Shown here: positions 39,279-52,200 of the stretch, piece by piece
Layout of the letters: each line of letters begins with the position of its first letter
Position numbering within the stretch: the first letter of the stretch is position 1
Assembly (NCBI GenBank): GCA_030704615.1
Contig: CM060733.1
Coordinates: 43,152,001 to 43,216,000 of the forward strand
Source of the DNA: Takakia lepidozioides
Taxonomy: Eukaryota; Plantae; Bryophyta
DNA length: 64,000 nt
Direction of reading: 5' to 3'
Notes under the pieces: model-generated
The model's database searches: none
What the model was told of the DNA's origin: nothing
Seen by the model: only the letters and a program-made list of their open reading frames with translations
Position numbers and translations under genes: made by a program

Positions 39279-40201
39279 TGGGCTGCTACATACGAACATC
39301 GATTACGACGTACCCGAAGGACAAGCGCATTTTCGAAGACGGTTGTTGGGTTTCAGTCCACACCGTAAGTGAGACTCAGTCCACGTTTTGAAGAGCTGGC
39401 ATTGACATCATACCAGAAATCCTCACAAGTTCGAGGCCGTCATCGCTCCGTGCACCTTGTATACCAACCCAACAAATTACCTAGTAGGAGGAATCACACC
39501 GACATGCGAGAATGCACAAATCCTTCCCGAAACAACGGTTGAGGAGATCCTTGCTCCTCCTTTGCGCTTGCGGCCTCCACGGATCCTGCGAAAAAACGCG
39601 TCCTTGCTCGATTGAACTGAGCGATTGGGGCGCTTTCAGATCTCTACGCCACCATTTGTTCCTAAAAATGATGTTCCCTCGTTAGAATGTGAGATGGGTT
39701 CATTTCATTTGCCCATCTTTTAATCGGATTAGTCTGTGTGTATACCTGCACGTATGTATGCAGGCCGGAATAATCAATGGACGCCCCGCGTGGAGCTGGC
39801 GACTTTGTTGTGGAGTACAGAAGGAGGAGATGGCAGTGGAATCACACGTCTGTGACGATCTTTGTAGGAACGGGTGTGCAGTCTGACGCAGAACATGGCA
39901 AGGGATGGATTGGTACAGCACTCATTGTGCACGCAGTGCTATGCTCCACGATCACTGTCTCTAACTTGGGTCGCCTCAAGTGTCAGGGTTCCAGATGTGC
40001 AGCTACACAATGCAGTTGATAATGAGGGACCATGAGCTCATATCGGGGCTGTATGAGGCTCCCGGTCACTCGGTCCCATGCTAGAGTAGGAGAGAAGGAA
40101 TAAAACAATTGTGTCCCTGGCTGTCAAAGGGATAAGTAGAAACAAAACAGTAGGATAATGCAGGAAAGAGAATGCCACATGATTTCTGTGTGCACAAATG
40201 T

Positions 40202-43200
40202 CTAGAGCATGGACTCTTCTGCAGTCTCAATGGTGGCCCTGTCACGGTGTTTCACAACCCAATCTATGAAGTCAAAGGTGCCTGCCAACAAGCTATGGGC
40301 TTGTGAAACCACGAGCACTGTACTATGTGGCAACCCCTTGAGCACTGCCACCACCCTTGCTTGCCCCTCTCCATCCAGATGCTGCAATTAAACCAACCAC
40401 ATGAGAAATCGACAAAAGCTTTAGTCTCGCACAATAGAAACAGTGACGGACAACTGGCACCCCATGCATTCCAACTCCTCAATTCCCTTCTATCATGAAT
40501 TAACCATCCATCTCTTTTGGTGAGCTCTCTCTTGTTCTCAACATTCAACAACCTTGTCTTGCAGTGACGTACCGAGTATAAGGAGCGTACCTGCAGAACT
40601 TCATCAAGGACAAGGAGGTTACAATCTACACCCCCCCGTTGTGAAGCAAACTCCGCGTATCCTAGAGCCAGTGCCAATGACTGCCATCCCACCTCACCCT
40701 GAGTTACATTCATACTAGACCTGGTAGAATTGGCACAGTATCCACTCACGTAAGTCAGAAGACCTGCTCTGGACAACAGAAAGTCACCAGTGTTTCATGC
40801 AAGAGAGACAAACACATCCAACTGACCCTGCTTGTGCATAGCTTCAAGGCCATATATTTGGTGATGTTATAAACAGATCAAAGAAGCAGGCAATACACCT
40901 GATTCAGATGTTCTCTACCTGATGGAAGTAAGGGTGACACAAATTGGAGTGCATGATCTAACAGCTTCTACTCACTGACTATTCCCTGCATTGGCTGTGA
41001 AGACTGCACTGCACATACTTTTCTAGACCCCTTGGAGCACCACAGGTCAGGCTCGGTCGGTATTAAGAGGCTGAAAGCCGCACATCACTGTAGACGTGCG
41101 AGGCCTCTCTTGGTCAGAAGAGTGTGACAGAAGTAGTGTTTCTGTCATACTTCCCTTGTTCATATAGTGCAAATTAGCAGCTTATAGAACATTACCACTG
41201 ATTCTGGCTGGTTTGTAGGAATGTCTACCTACCACTGATACTGATTTTAGAGTCAAGTGGCTGGAAGTATGGAGTGCCACCAACTCAACTTAATCAAGAG
41301 TCACGTGGTTGGTACTATCTTTACTCCAAAACTTGTGGAGGTGGTTGGTGACCAGGTCAAGAAAAAAACTCAAGCCTCACAATATCAAGTTTCCTAATTC
41401 TGACACAGGACATTGGCTACTGTAGGCCAGCCAAAAGAGCAATGAACATTGATGGGATCACGTAGAAGGTGCATACCTACATTGCAGTATGCTGCTGCTA
41501 CAGAGCCTAGCACAAGATATCAGGGACTAGTTTGACATCAAATTGGTTCGTTAGGAACTTGCATGGACATACCATTCTCTCGCTTATGGGACAAGAAGAA
41601 GAAAGAAACAACAAGAGAGAGGGGCCACAAACAGCCCAAAAGCAACTAAAGCTCAAGGGATTGTCTAAGAGTCAATGCTTCATGCAGGTAAGTTGCCAAG
41701 CATTTCTAATCTCGAGAAAGATCTTTTTCATGTGGTGCAAAAATACGAATTGGAAAAGTATGCAGTGAAAACTTGCCAAACGCCTGCGCTCTCCCCCACT
41801 TAGTTGACGAAGTGCACGATGCTCCAGGGTGCCATTGGACAGGTGCACAACTGCTATCTTGTCAATGGCCTCTACAGACACTTTGCTGCTTTTGATGATC
41901 TTGGTAGGCTTTAGTAACAATTCCAAGGAACCACCAGACAGTGATTCCAAGTACCTCGCCGTCCTCTCTTGCACCTCTGCCAAGGCTCCTTCTAAGATGT
42001 AGCTCTGCAGACTCGAACAAATGCGGAACCACTCAGCTGTGTCCGTAAATGATACTAATACACATGGTTGAAGCAAAAATATGTTTTGACCTCATGGCCA
42101 TGGCATATAAGCGACTAGGATTTCACACTGATCAAGCCTGACAACTGCTTGAAAAGAATGTGCTCACATGTACTGCAACATGGTATAATAGTGCAAAGAA
42201 ATTCATGTTCAAAACGGCCATGGCAAATAATGCACCTGGACACCCGTCAGGCCGAAACTAGTATGTATTTCCTTCAGCCACCCAGCCTCCTCCAAGGAGA
42301 GCTTCAGGAGGGACTCATTCTCCAGGATATCAGCCTGCAAGGTCGCATACAATCTAGAAATGACCTTGAACTCTGCCTCGTATGGATTCTCGTTATTCTT
42401 CACCATAGTGCACTTGATCCTTAGCTGCTCTACTGTGGTCTTGCAAGTTTTCCCTGACAGCACTTTGCCTTCTAGTTGTTGAATCAAGTATCTCAAATCT
42501 CCTTCCCTTGCATCCATTTCTTCACTGGATAGGTCTCTAATGTTTTCATTGGAGTTGTTGGGTGAGAGTGAATCTTCTGTAACAGGAAAGTCAGCTGTAG
42601 ATGCCTGCCATGATGCTGAAGAAAGAAACTTTGAAGCAGCATTTAGAACCATTTGAGCAGATGTCACACCTTGTCGAATCCTATTGAGCTGCAAATAACA
42701 TCACGTCCAGCTTCCCGTCAAGCCTGCTAGGCAAGTCACAAGGCTTTGATACACTCACATAGCAAAAATGAAACCAACTGGCAATCAATCATTCTCAGTG
42801 AGTGCTGCCCTCTTTAGATGTAGAACTTGCAAACAGCAGGACTCTCCTGTTACAGCAGCCCTCTTGTCATATGATAGTCCAAACTGCAGCTCCCTCTGGT
42901 TACCCTTACAAACAAAGTCCCTGTAACACTTTGTATGCAAACGATGACAATGTTCAAGACACCAGAAGCCCTATCCTCATAAATCAACAAAAGCTTCTAA
43001 GGCTATAGGAAATACACCAAGAAGTCATGCATTCTAGATTGCACCAGAGGCCTTCAATAAGCAGGTTAACAGCTGCTGGATACATGTGAAAGTAGTTTCA
43101 CAGAGGTTTGCTTGAATGCATCCTGAGCTTTCGCCAGTTTGGCATTTTCCTCAGCTATGCCTCTCCGCACACGCTTAAGCTCCTCCTCACTGTTCTTGTG

Positions 43201-46200
43201 CTCCTGCTCATGTATCAATATCCCAAGGTGATTGTCAGACTGAAGGTGGTCTTGTGATGATAAAGCTGCATGGCTGTTCCCCTGTATGTTCAAGTAGAGA
43301 AAAAGAAGGTCCACGGGGGACAAAAATAGACCACCAAGAGGAAAAGCGAGAAGAAAACTTGTTGGTCCAACAGGCCATAGGGTTGACTGAAAGGAAGTTC
43401 CATATGAGATTTTAAATACCAAACATGACTTAAACCCTAACAAACTCCCTATATTTGCTGGAGGGCCTCATGCTGGTAGGCCACGAAAGCAGTTCTGGTG
43501 TTTTAACTGATGGCCTCTGTGAAAGATGACCAGTCATGGAAAAGACAGTAGTATCTCCATCCAACCTCATACTACATTGGACAGGAGGAAAGAAATGGCG
43601 TTTTTCTCCCACATCGACAAGTTGCATACTGGAAACCCTAGGCATGTCATCAATCCATAGAGTTCAGTTGACTCCCAATTTTCCCAGGGCTATAAGGATA
43701 TGGAGAGTGTGACAGACAAGTAGTCCACATAAGGGTGCGATCTATCTCTGATATAAATGTGTCTTTGCAAAACTGGAGCTTCGTTTGAGCTGAGCTCCGA
43801 ACCTTACATCCTTTGCACAAGTCATCCTCTTAAGATCCTTTCTGATTCCGTTGCTCTTGTATTGCTTCGTGAGGTTTAAACACTTGCCAATTTGAAGGCA
43901 AATCCCTCAGATAGACCATGAACTATCGCTGAGCTCAATCCTGGCAGCTTACGTTCCAGCAGCAACCCTGGTCTGGGAAGGAAGCTGATGAGTGGTCAGT
44001 TCAAACCAAATGATGTGAGAATGTTGTAAGGTTCCTAGACCCAATTATCCTTCTTAGTAGCTCGATCATTTGTCTCTGACTTGACTCTGTGAGTTCTAGT
44101 CCCCGAAATCTCGCCGATAGTGTTGTGGGAGTGATAAGCTAGCCAAACAACCACTTCCTGAGGACAGTGCCTCTGATGTTTACTTGGCTGGTCTAGTATT
44201 TGAGAGACGAAGCTCAGCAACTGCCAAACCTGTCTGTCACAATATCATATGGAGGGTCAGGAGATGAGGGGTACTTGTATCCTATACATGGATTGCCATC
44301 CATGTGAAGGAGTCAATACCTCAATCGCATGACCCACAAAGAAGAACATTTTCATACGTTGTGTCATTGTAGGAGATAAGTTAACAGAGACAAGGAATCT
44401 GCTTAGCGAGTACGGACAAAGACACCCCAACTCAGACTGAGGCAACCTCTACATCAGAAACTCGTCACTCTGGAAGACTCTGGGGGAGAGAGGACATCCC
44501 TAGTTCAAGCCAATGCTACTCTACACCTTGGCAGACAGCTCCCCCGCTGCTCTCACCCTGCCAATGACACTCTTGATCACCGCTTCTTGAACTTTTGTCT
44601 CTTGTAGCCAGTTCACAAGAGAAGACAATGAACATACTCTCTATCTTTCTCTTCCATAATGGGGCTGATTTGTGAAGATGTGATTTAGCGTAGAGCTCCT
44701 GAAACCTGAAACCTGGGCCCAGTTTGTCTCTGCTCTTATGTAGAGAAGAGAAAGAAACAAGGAAAGTAAGTTTCTACAAAGCTAAGCAAAATGTTAGCCT
44801 GAACACGGCGCAAGTTGTTCATGAATTTATAGGCTCTAGCTCGTCCATGAACCGCATTGTTTGATGCCTTAACGCAGAAACACACCTCTAAGAATAGCTG
44901 ACGCTGATCCCGTGAGGTGGTCAAATCAGCCTCAAGCTGCAGCAGACTTTGAGAGGCATGGTTAGCATCAATAGGTTGCAGGCAGTTCTCACACAGTAAT
45001 GACCCTGCCACATTCATTTTGAAAGCCTCCAGCATTTCCCTCCTCTTACCCACGTCCGCCTCTGCATTCTTCACCTGCCATGCAAGAAAACATCTTGTCA
45101 CTCTCTGCAACAAAAGACTGATAAGAAAATCTTGACCCAATAAGAGAAACTGCGAACAAGACAAAGAACCAACTTCCTGATGGCTGCAGCAAATACCTGA
45201 CTAAAACCCTCAATGGACTCGTAAGGTGAAGAAGTCGGGACACTTGGAGGTAGGAAACACACGGTCTATGCTTTGGTCACCACCTGAGAATGAGTTGTGT
45301 GCTTGTCGAACAACACCATGAGTGAAAGATGTTACCACCTTCTCTACAGAGAGCGCCTATCTTCAAGCACCAGTTAGCACCGTCGAGTGAATATAACTTT
45401 GGCTTTACATCCATGTTCTGAAGACTGTGATATATTCTCTCTCTGGAAAAGCATCCACCAGATGCCCCGGGGGTTAAGGCAAAAGGCTACCTTGCAAGTG
45501 GTTGTGGGTTCAACGTACATAGGTGTACATCGCCGCTTACAGCCAACCGAGCTACCAAAATGGGGGTCACTATGTCAACACAGGTCACCTAATACATGCT
45601 GGTTCTTGTGGTTTTTGAGTCTTTTGCGGGGGAATTGATAACCATGTTGACCCCGTTACAGCCATTAGCAGGTGTCCACCTTCCAAAGGGAAGGAAGTAG
45701 CTGTTCAGGGTGGAAATTTACCAGACTCAAACCATATGAAAACAAGGAATGTCACCTTGTCAGACATTTGTGCTGTTCTTTCCAATAGAGTCTCAAGAAG
45801 TTCTGCATTGCCTGTCTTCACTGTCCCAGCTTGCCTCTTGGGTGCGGTCCATGCCTCCATGCCATCTTGAAGGGCCTGCTCCAACCTCTTGCCCAGAAGC
45901 TCCCAAGAACACAATGCAGCTGCCACCTTTGCATGCAACTGACTGCAAGTTGCTATTGCACCCTGCAGCTTCAGTTCCGCATCGCACAGTTCTGCTTCAT
46001 TTGTTGCCACTTGTTCACCCCTACATTCTCACCTTCTCTTTAGTATAATATTCTGCTTTTCTACTGACTTTAGGCTGTCTACAAAACTGGGTGTAGACTC
46101 TGTGGCATCCCTGGTTCTTCAAACATTGATAGCGTTGCTACAAAGAAGCTAACACAGGAAAGAATGGCATGCATGTTTAAGACTCCAACTGCACTTGATT

Positions 46201-49200
46201 TGGTAGCATGTACACAAAACAACAACTTGCTAGCGCAACTAAAACGACTAATCTGCCTTGGGTTGCTGTAGAAGGTTCTTCTCTACCTGCGTCTCTCCCA
46301 TTCATGTGAGCAACACATGCACTCATCCACCTGCAGGTACAGCACATTTTGCTTCAGCAAAGGAGTCCTTTTGATCCCTTAGTCTGTACTTGATGCATGC
46401 AAGGTTAAAGTGCATGGGACTAGAATTGCACCCAGATAAGACTGTAAGGAGGAGCGACAGAAACCTTTCTCAAGAATGAGGTGCTGAGGCCAAACGAACC
46501 TCACAAAAGTGCACACTGAGCAAGAAGAAGGGGACCTTCATTTTTAGTTGCTGATGTTGTTGAGCCAGCTGTTGAACGGCACCCTCAAGGCGCTCCACTT
46601 CTGTGCGCTTCATACAAAGTACTTTCATACTGTGCTCCCGGGCAGCCACCCACACCTCCATCACCATGAACTTGCTCAACTCCTCCTGTGCAACTTCATC
46701 AAATCAGCTTCCTCCAACATGTTATCATGGTGCAAGCCTTCAAAAAAAGATATGCGCTAACTTTTCTTACAGTTCCAGCTACTCAACTGCCCATTACTCC
46801 AGTGTTGTGGCTAAGCGGGCCTACCTTAAAGTCCTTGTCAGAGGCTTCAAGCAACCCACCAGCACCATACTGCCCATGAAATACTGTCCGGTGAAGGACC
46901 GAGGTGCCTCTGCAGTGCTTAAGCAGATGCAAATAGGTACATAAGCATATGTTGGGGAAAGAAAAAAACACGGTAGCAACAAACTTCGAGCTTACGGTTA
47001 CAAGCTATTGGATACTTTTGCAGCATATAGCATTAGCTCACTCACAAACCTGGACAGCTAGACATTCCAATATATTGTTAAACAGATGTCTGGAGCCACC
47101 TGTGAAGTGCAGAATAGTCAACATTTCCCTAAGGATTAATCTCCAGGAGATCCCATTACAAGACGTCATGAATAAAGCCCTGCCAACCAAACATATGCAC
47201 ACATTCCATTCCACTTTAATTGCCATGTGAAAGAACCAGGAACAAGCTAAGAGAGTACATGAACTCATCAATGCACTGTTGAGTCATCCGAATCTCCTGG
47301 CATGTCTTATCCTCACCATCGACAACAAACTTCAGCCCAGATTTTCTGCAACAAGATTACCAGCCAGTCATGCCGTGAAGTATGCTCTCTGGTTTTCAAC
47401 AACCTGTTGGCACCTGAAAAATATGAAATAGCATCATAGACTAGGATGCACAAAAGCAAGTCGGAGCATTCCAACAGAGAGACCAGTATGTGATATTGAA
47501 AAGAGCATAGATAAGGGCCACACCCTTGAGCCACGTGTCAAGAGGCCAAAGAACACCCTTTCACTAAGAACAAGATACAAACTTATCAGTCCTTGCCTTT
47601 GCTCAACACCCCTGCCTAATATTCCTTTTGATGGGCCCATGCGTTTGTGACACTCTTTTGATGTGTCTTCTCCATAAACACTCAATTCCCTGCTACTGGA
47701 TTGCAATCAGCTGCAATGTGCCGTAGAAACTTTTGGCTGAGTCTCATGTGACAGAGGGGCTGATCCCTCCGTTGACTCAGGAGGTTAAGTACACCACAAT
47801 GACTGGGCAATGTATAAACGACAAATGAGTAGATTCTCAACCTCTCTTTTTAATCCCACTCCTCCTTGCAAAAAGGTTGCTCCACGGGATGTTTCCTAAA
47901 GACCTGTGGATTTCTTGTGAACAAAAAGTAGTCAACATGTACTAAATGGTGCATTTAATTAAAGATAACGTGAAGGGATGATCTTAGAGAGAAAACTTCC
48001 ATCTTCTTCTCGTCTTGGAGATAATCTCTTCATCTCTCTCTGTGTCAACCAAGATCTTTTGGTTGTCTTGAAGTTCTGCTATGACCAATTAGCTCACAAA
48101 TAAATTCTATTCAATCCCTGTGGATATGTCTTTGGCCCCTGTGGATATTAATAAAACAACTATAAAGGAAAAAATAACCATTTAACAGGTTAAACTCAGT
48201 AGAAGGTAATTTATGGAGCTCCATACACAAGCATAATGCAAATGGCAAGCAACAACGGGTGCACACAATCTACCTGCCTGCTACTCGTTCTACAGTGAAA
48301 GGTGTTCCATTGATGGTGCCATCCACCCGTACACGTGCACATTTGGCATTATGATGCACCACCTCTGCTGCTGTCAATCCACGAACTGAATCTGGCCGTG
48401 CATCTGTGGAGCCTGGACCAACTATCCATGTTAGTTCACTTGTATGATTATGTACCCTCCGCCTCCTATGCCAATGGTTGGCGGCCATATATGGCCTCCC
48501 TGTCTGCAGCCGTAGTTGACAAGGCCTAGACAGCAAAAACAGGTCAAGTACCTGTGAGGGCCCACAGAGGAGCCATAACAAGGGTGGTCTTTCCAGCACC
48601 ATTGCTGTCTGCACCGCTTGAGTCCAAATTTTGGCCCGAAACTATTCGCACGCCTCTCTCTGCAAGTGGGTACTTTACGGGCTCTAGGAATACCCCAAAA
48701 CCCTCCATTTCGATACCCTCCAACTTCAAATGCACTGCACAGGAGTAACCAACCAGCTAGATCAGTGACTAATGCAGGATTCAAGAACAGGCATTGTGGA
48801 AAAACACTTTCCACCACCACAATGCTACTTCAGTTGGTGCATGCTTAAAAGGTTTCATAACAAGATATTTAAGTCAGTCTGTAAGCGTCAACTTCACTAC
48901 ATTGCTTGCCATACCATTGTGGACAAAAATGGAAAAAATTGTGAGTGCGTTTCCAAACCAAGCATAACTTATGGTATCACTGCGCAGGGCTACTGCCTTC
49001 CGGTGGGAAGGTGGACATGTGGTTTGAACCCGCAACCACTAGTGAGGTGGCTTGTGACATTATTATTGGGCTAAATGTTGGTTGTCCCATTGTGGACATA
49101 AAAAAGTCCACCCCGAACAGGAGGCAGTACCCACAAGGGGAAATGGCCCTTGTCTACACTGGCTTTCACCGGAGTCTTTTCGCTTTCATCGACACAGATC

Positions 49201-52200
49201 CTGTGTCCCGCCCACACAGAGAAGAGCAGCTGGATGGACTAGAAGGAAAAGAAGACAGCAGAAAGAGACACTACATGTGCAGGCTCACTGTTCGAATCAA
49301 AGTGGTTCCCTAGTAAGCTCTTCACTAGTGCCTTGATCCGGAAGAGACTGATATGACACTGAACTGCTTCCAGAATAACCAAATGCTTAAACAAATTGTC
49401 ACATACAAATTGGGAATGGTCCATCCATAGAGCTGTTGACTTGTTTTGGACTAAACTAAAATATTCAAAACATTTCAGGCGGCGGCTCCAATAAGACTTC
49501 TTTGAGAAAAAAAGAAGCCTTATATGAGAGACGTGTGTCCATGGACCTGCTCTTTGAAACCTCTAGACAATGAACACCTATAATACATAGCTGGTGAATC
49601 CTATAGATGTGTGGTACGTGACACATTGTGACCAAGTGTCCTTTCTTGAACCACTAATCACTGCTCCTAAGCACCACCACATGATTATTTTCTTCCCTTT
49701 TTAGCCTCGCACCACATTTTCCAAGCAGCACATAGATCAGCCAAATGTGAGTACGCCTATGAGGAAGTAGAAAAGTCACCTAGAGGCCTCCGAATGAGCT
49801 TAGCAGGCAAGTTCAAGCTGCGCAGCATGTCGACTGCCATCTTGGTGACTTTCTCATTCATGGTCACACTCTTTGCATAGAGTCCAAACAGACCAAATGC
49901 ATCCTGTGTTAAAGAAAGCACAGATCAGTCTCCATTTACCGTCAGACAGTCTGCACATTATCAGAGCAGGTCATCTTGTTACTTAGTAGCCTGGTATATA
50001 ACAAGCACGAAACAAGCAAACTTCACCAACAGAATAAGGCTCCTTTCCCTGGAAAGACCAGCATGCATGAACTCAAAAACAGGATTGCTCTTCACATAAT
50101 AACAGCAAGGATGACAATTAACTATGCCAGAGTTAAACTGTCCTCTTGGCATTAAGAAAGATTGGACAAGGAGGTGAGAAAACTACCAGGTGCTCAGCTT
50201 CCTTGATGCGCTGCCTGGATGTGACAATAGGGTAGACCAGATCAACCAGCACTCCCCTCCTTTGCAGCTCTTCCTGCGTAAGGTTACATTCATCAGCTGA
50301 AGTGTAACCATAGAATCTGTTGTCGAACCACTTGTCCATGATCTTTCAGATGAAGGCATTACACCTGAACTAGCTAATCAACCCACCAAGGTATTAGAGC
50401 ATCGTGACACAGGTATTAAGGCCAGCCGCATACGAATCAGGATAATTATACACAAACTGTGCCTTCATGCACATCTCATGGCTCGTGCTCATTAAATAGC
50501 ATGCCCTGGATGCACTGACTGGCAGGTTGCTTATGGGTTGCGCTATTTTCAAGGTTTAGAGACACTGACCACTACCAACATTACTGTAAATTTTCAAAGA
50601 ACACACTAAAGTCCCTGATCATCCCTCAGTCACAACCAAACGACTTCATAGCATCCAAACCTCATTCACAAGTAAAACGACACAATCCCACCCAAAATCC
50701 TTGCTTCAGGTGTCATCAAAAGACAACTTGTCGAGAAGCTGCATGCACTCCTGGGAGTCCTACTGGCTGACACCCACATCTAAACTCCATGCAGATTCTC
50801 CAGAATCATATAAAAGTTGCAGATTAAGCTTAGTAAAAAAGCCCCATGGCAGGCCAAGTCACATGCGGTATATTTGGCTTTTGTGATATCAGCCTCCATT
50901 TGCAACAAAGATGATAAGTGAAGCCAAGGTGTACCAAATGTAGTTGACCTGACATGTAATCAGATGGCAACGGTAAGGGGCTATGGTTACGTACCAGATG
51001 TCCTTTACTAGAGTCATCCAGAGTATTGGAGGAGAGATGCCAGCGAACGCGGTCACCAACCCGAACATTTCTGACCACCTCAAGGGGTAACCCTTCATTT
51101 TGAGAGACTATGAGGTGTCTTGGACCTATATCCACTGGAATTTCTCCAATCTTCTGCTTTGATGTTCATCACACAGGAATTCCACAAGGCAAAAGAATTC
51201 ATTCAGATATTGGATCAGAAATAAATGGCCACCTAGTCAAGATATATGGCCACCTAGTCAAGATATATGGCCATACGACAGGCACTGCTTGGTTTTTTGT
51301 GTGGTCAGCAAAGGTGGCCTGCAGCCTTTGAGCACCCAAAAGCCACACTATGCCAACTGGTGACCCACACATAAAAAAAAGCACCACATTAAAGTAACTG
51401 CCAAGCAGTGAGGTGAACCCCACATAACTAAAAAGATTGAAACCACACAAAAAGCAATGCATCACAAGCTCACAAGTCAGAATAAGGCAGATGTATTTGC
51501 AAAACTGAGCTCAAGGTCTTGCCTGCCAGTGCTTGTCAAGAAGCAGAAAATGCTTTGCCTGGTCACTTTCCCCAATTGAAACTTGGTAGGGAGAACCAAC
51601 ATATTCAATTTGAGTTCCCTCTACCACATGTGGCTTATGATAGTGGCCTGTATAGACTGGCAAATGTGCAGGAAACACAGATGGGTCTAATCCCCCCTTT
51701 GCCTGGAATGCCTCGTTCATGAATGCTCCCACCTGGATAAACCATGTTGAAATACTTTCTTACTTGCTGATAACAAAGATTTGCTGGCCCCTTTAGCACT
51801 TTCGTCACCAAGATCTCCTGAAGTTTGAACTTTAATTTAGATGACTACTTTGTTTTTGTTTTTGGACAGAGCACAATTGTCAGATTGAGAACTAGTAATA
51901 AGATATATAATCAGAGATCAGAGAGGACATCCACACAATCATGTCCAATGGAGAGAGATAAAAATGTACTCATAAGACTTCGTTTGCCATAGACTTGTGG
52001 TCATAGACCCCGCGCCCAGTTTGGACCAATGGACGGAAATTGACACATGGGGAGAGGGAGAGATGAACAAGAACACAACTAGAATGACACTTTATTTAAA
52101 AGCATCCACCTATGGTTATGGCTGTTTACAATCCAATTGCCTGTAAAGGTATATATATACAGCCAGTTGCCACAAGTTTCTTGCCACCTAGAGAGGTTTG

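Noticed and set aside
43300-44700. TE remnant within a long SbcDC intron
   Set aside because: Looks like decayed coding sequence but no diagnostic motif could be read.
48987-49060. tRNA gene
   Set aside because: Only a B-box-like motif; no cloverleaf or anticodon arm could be built.
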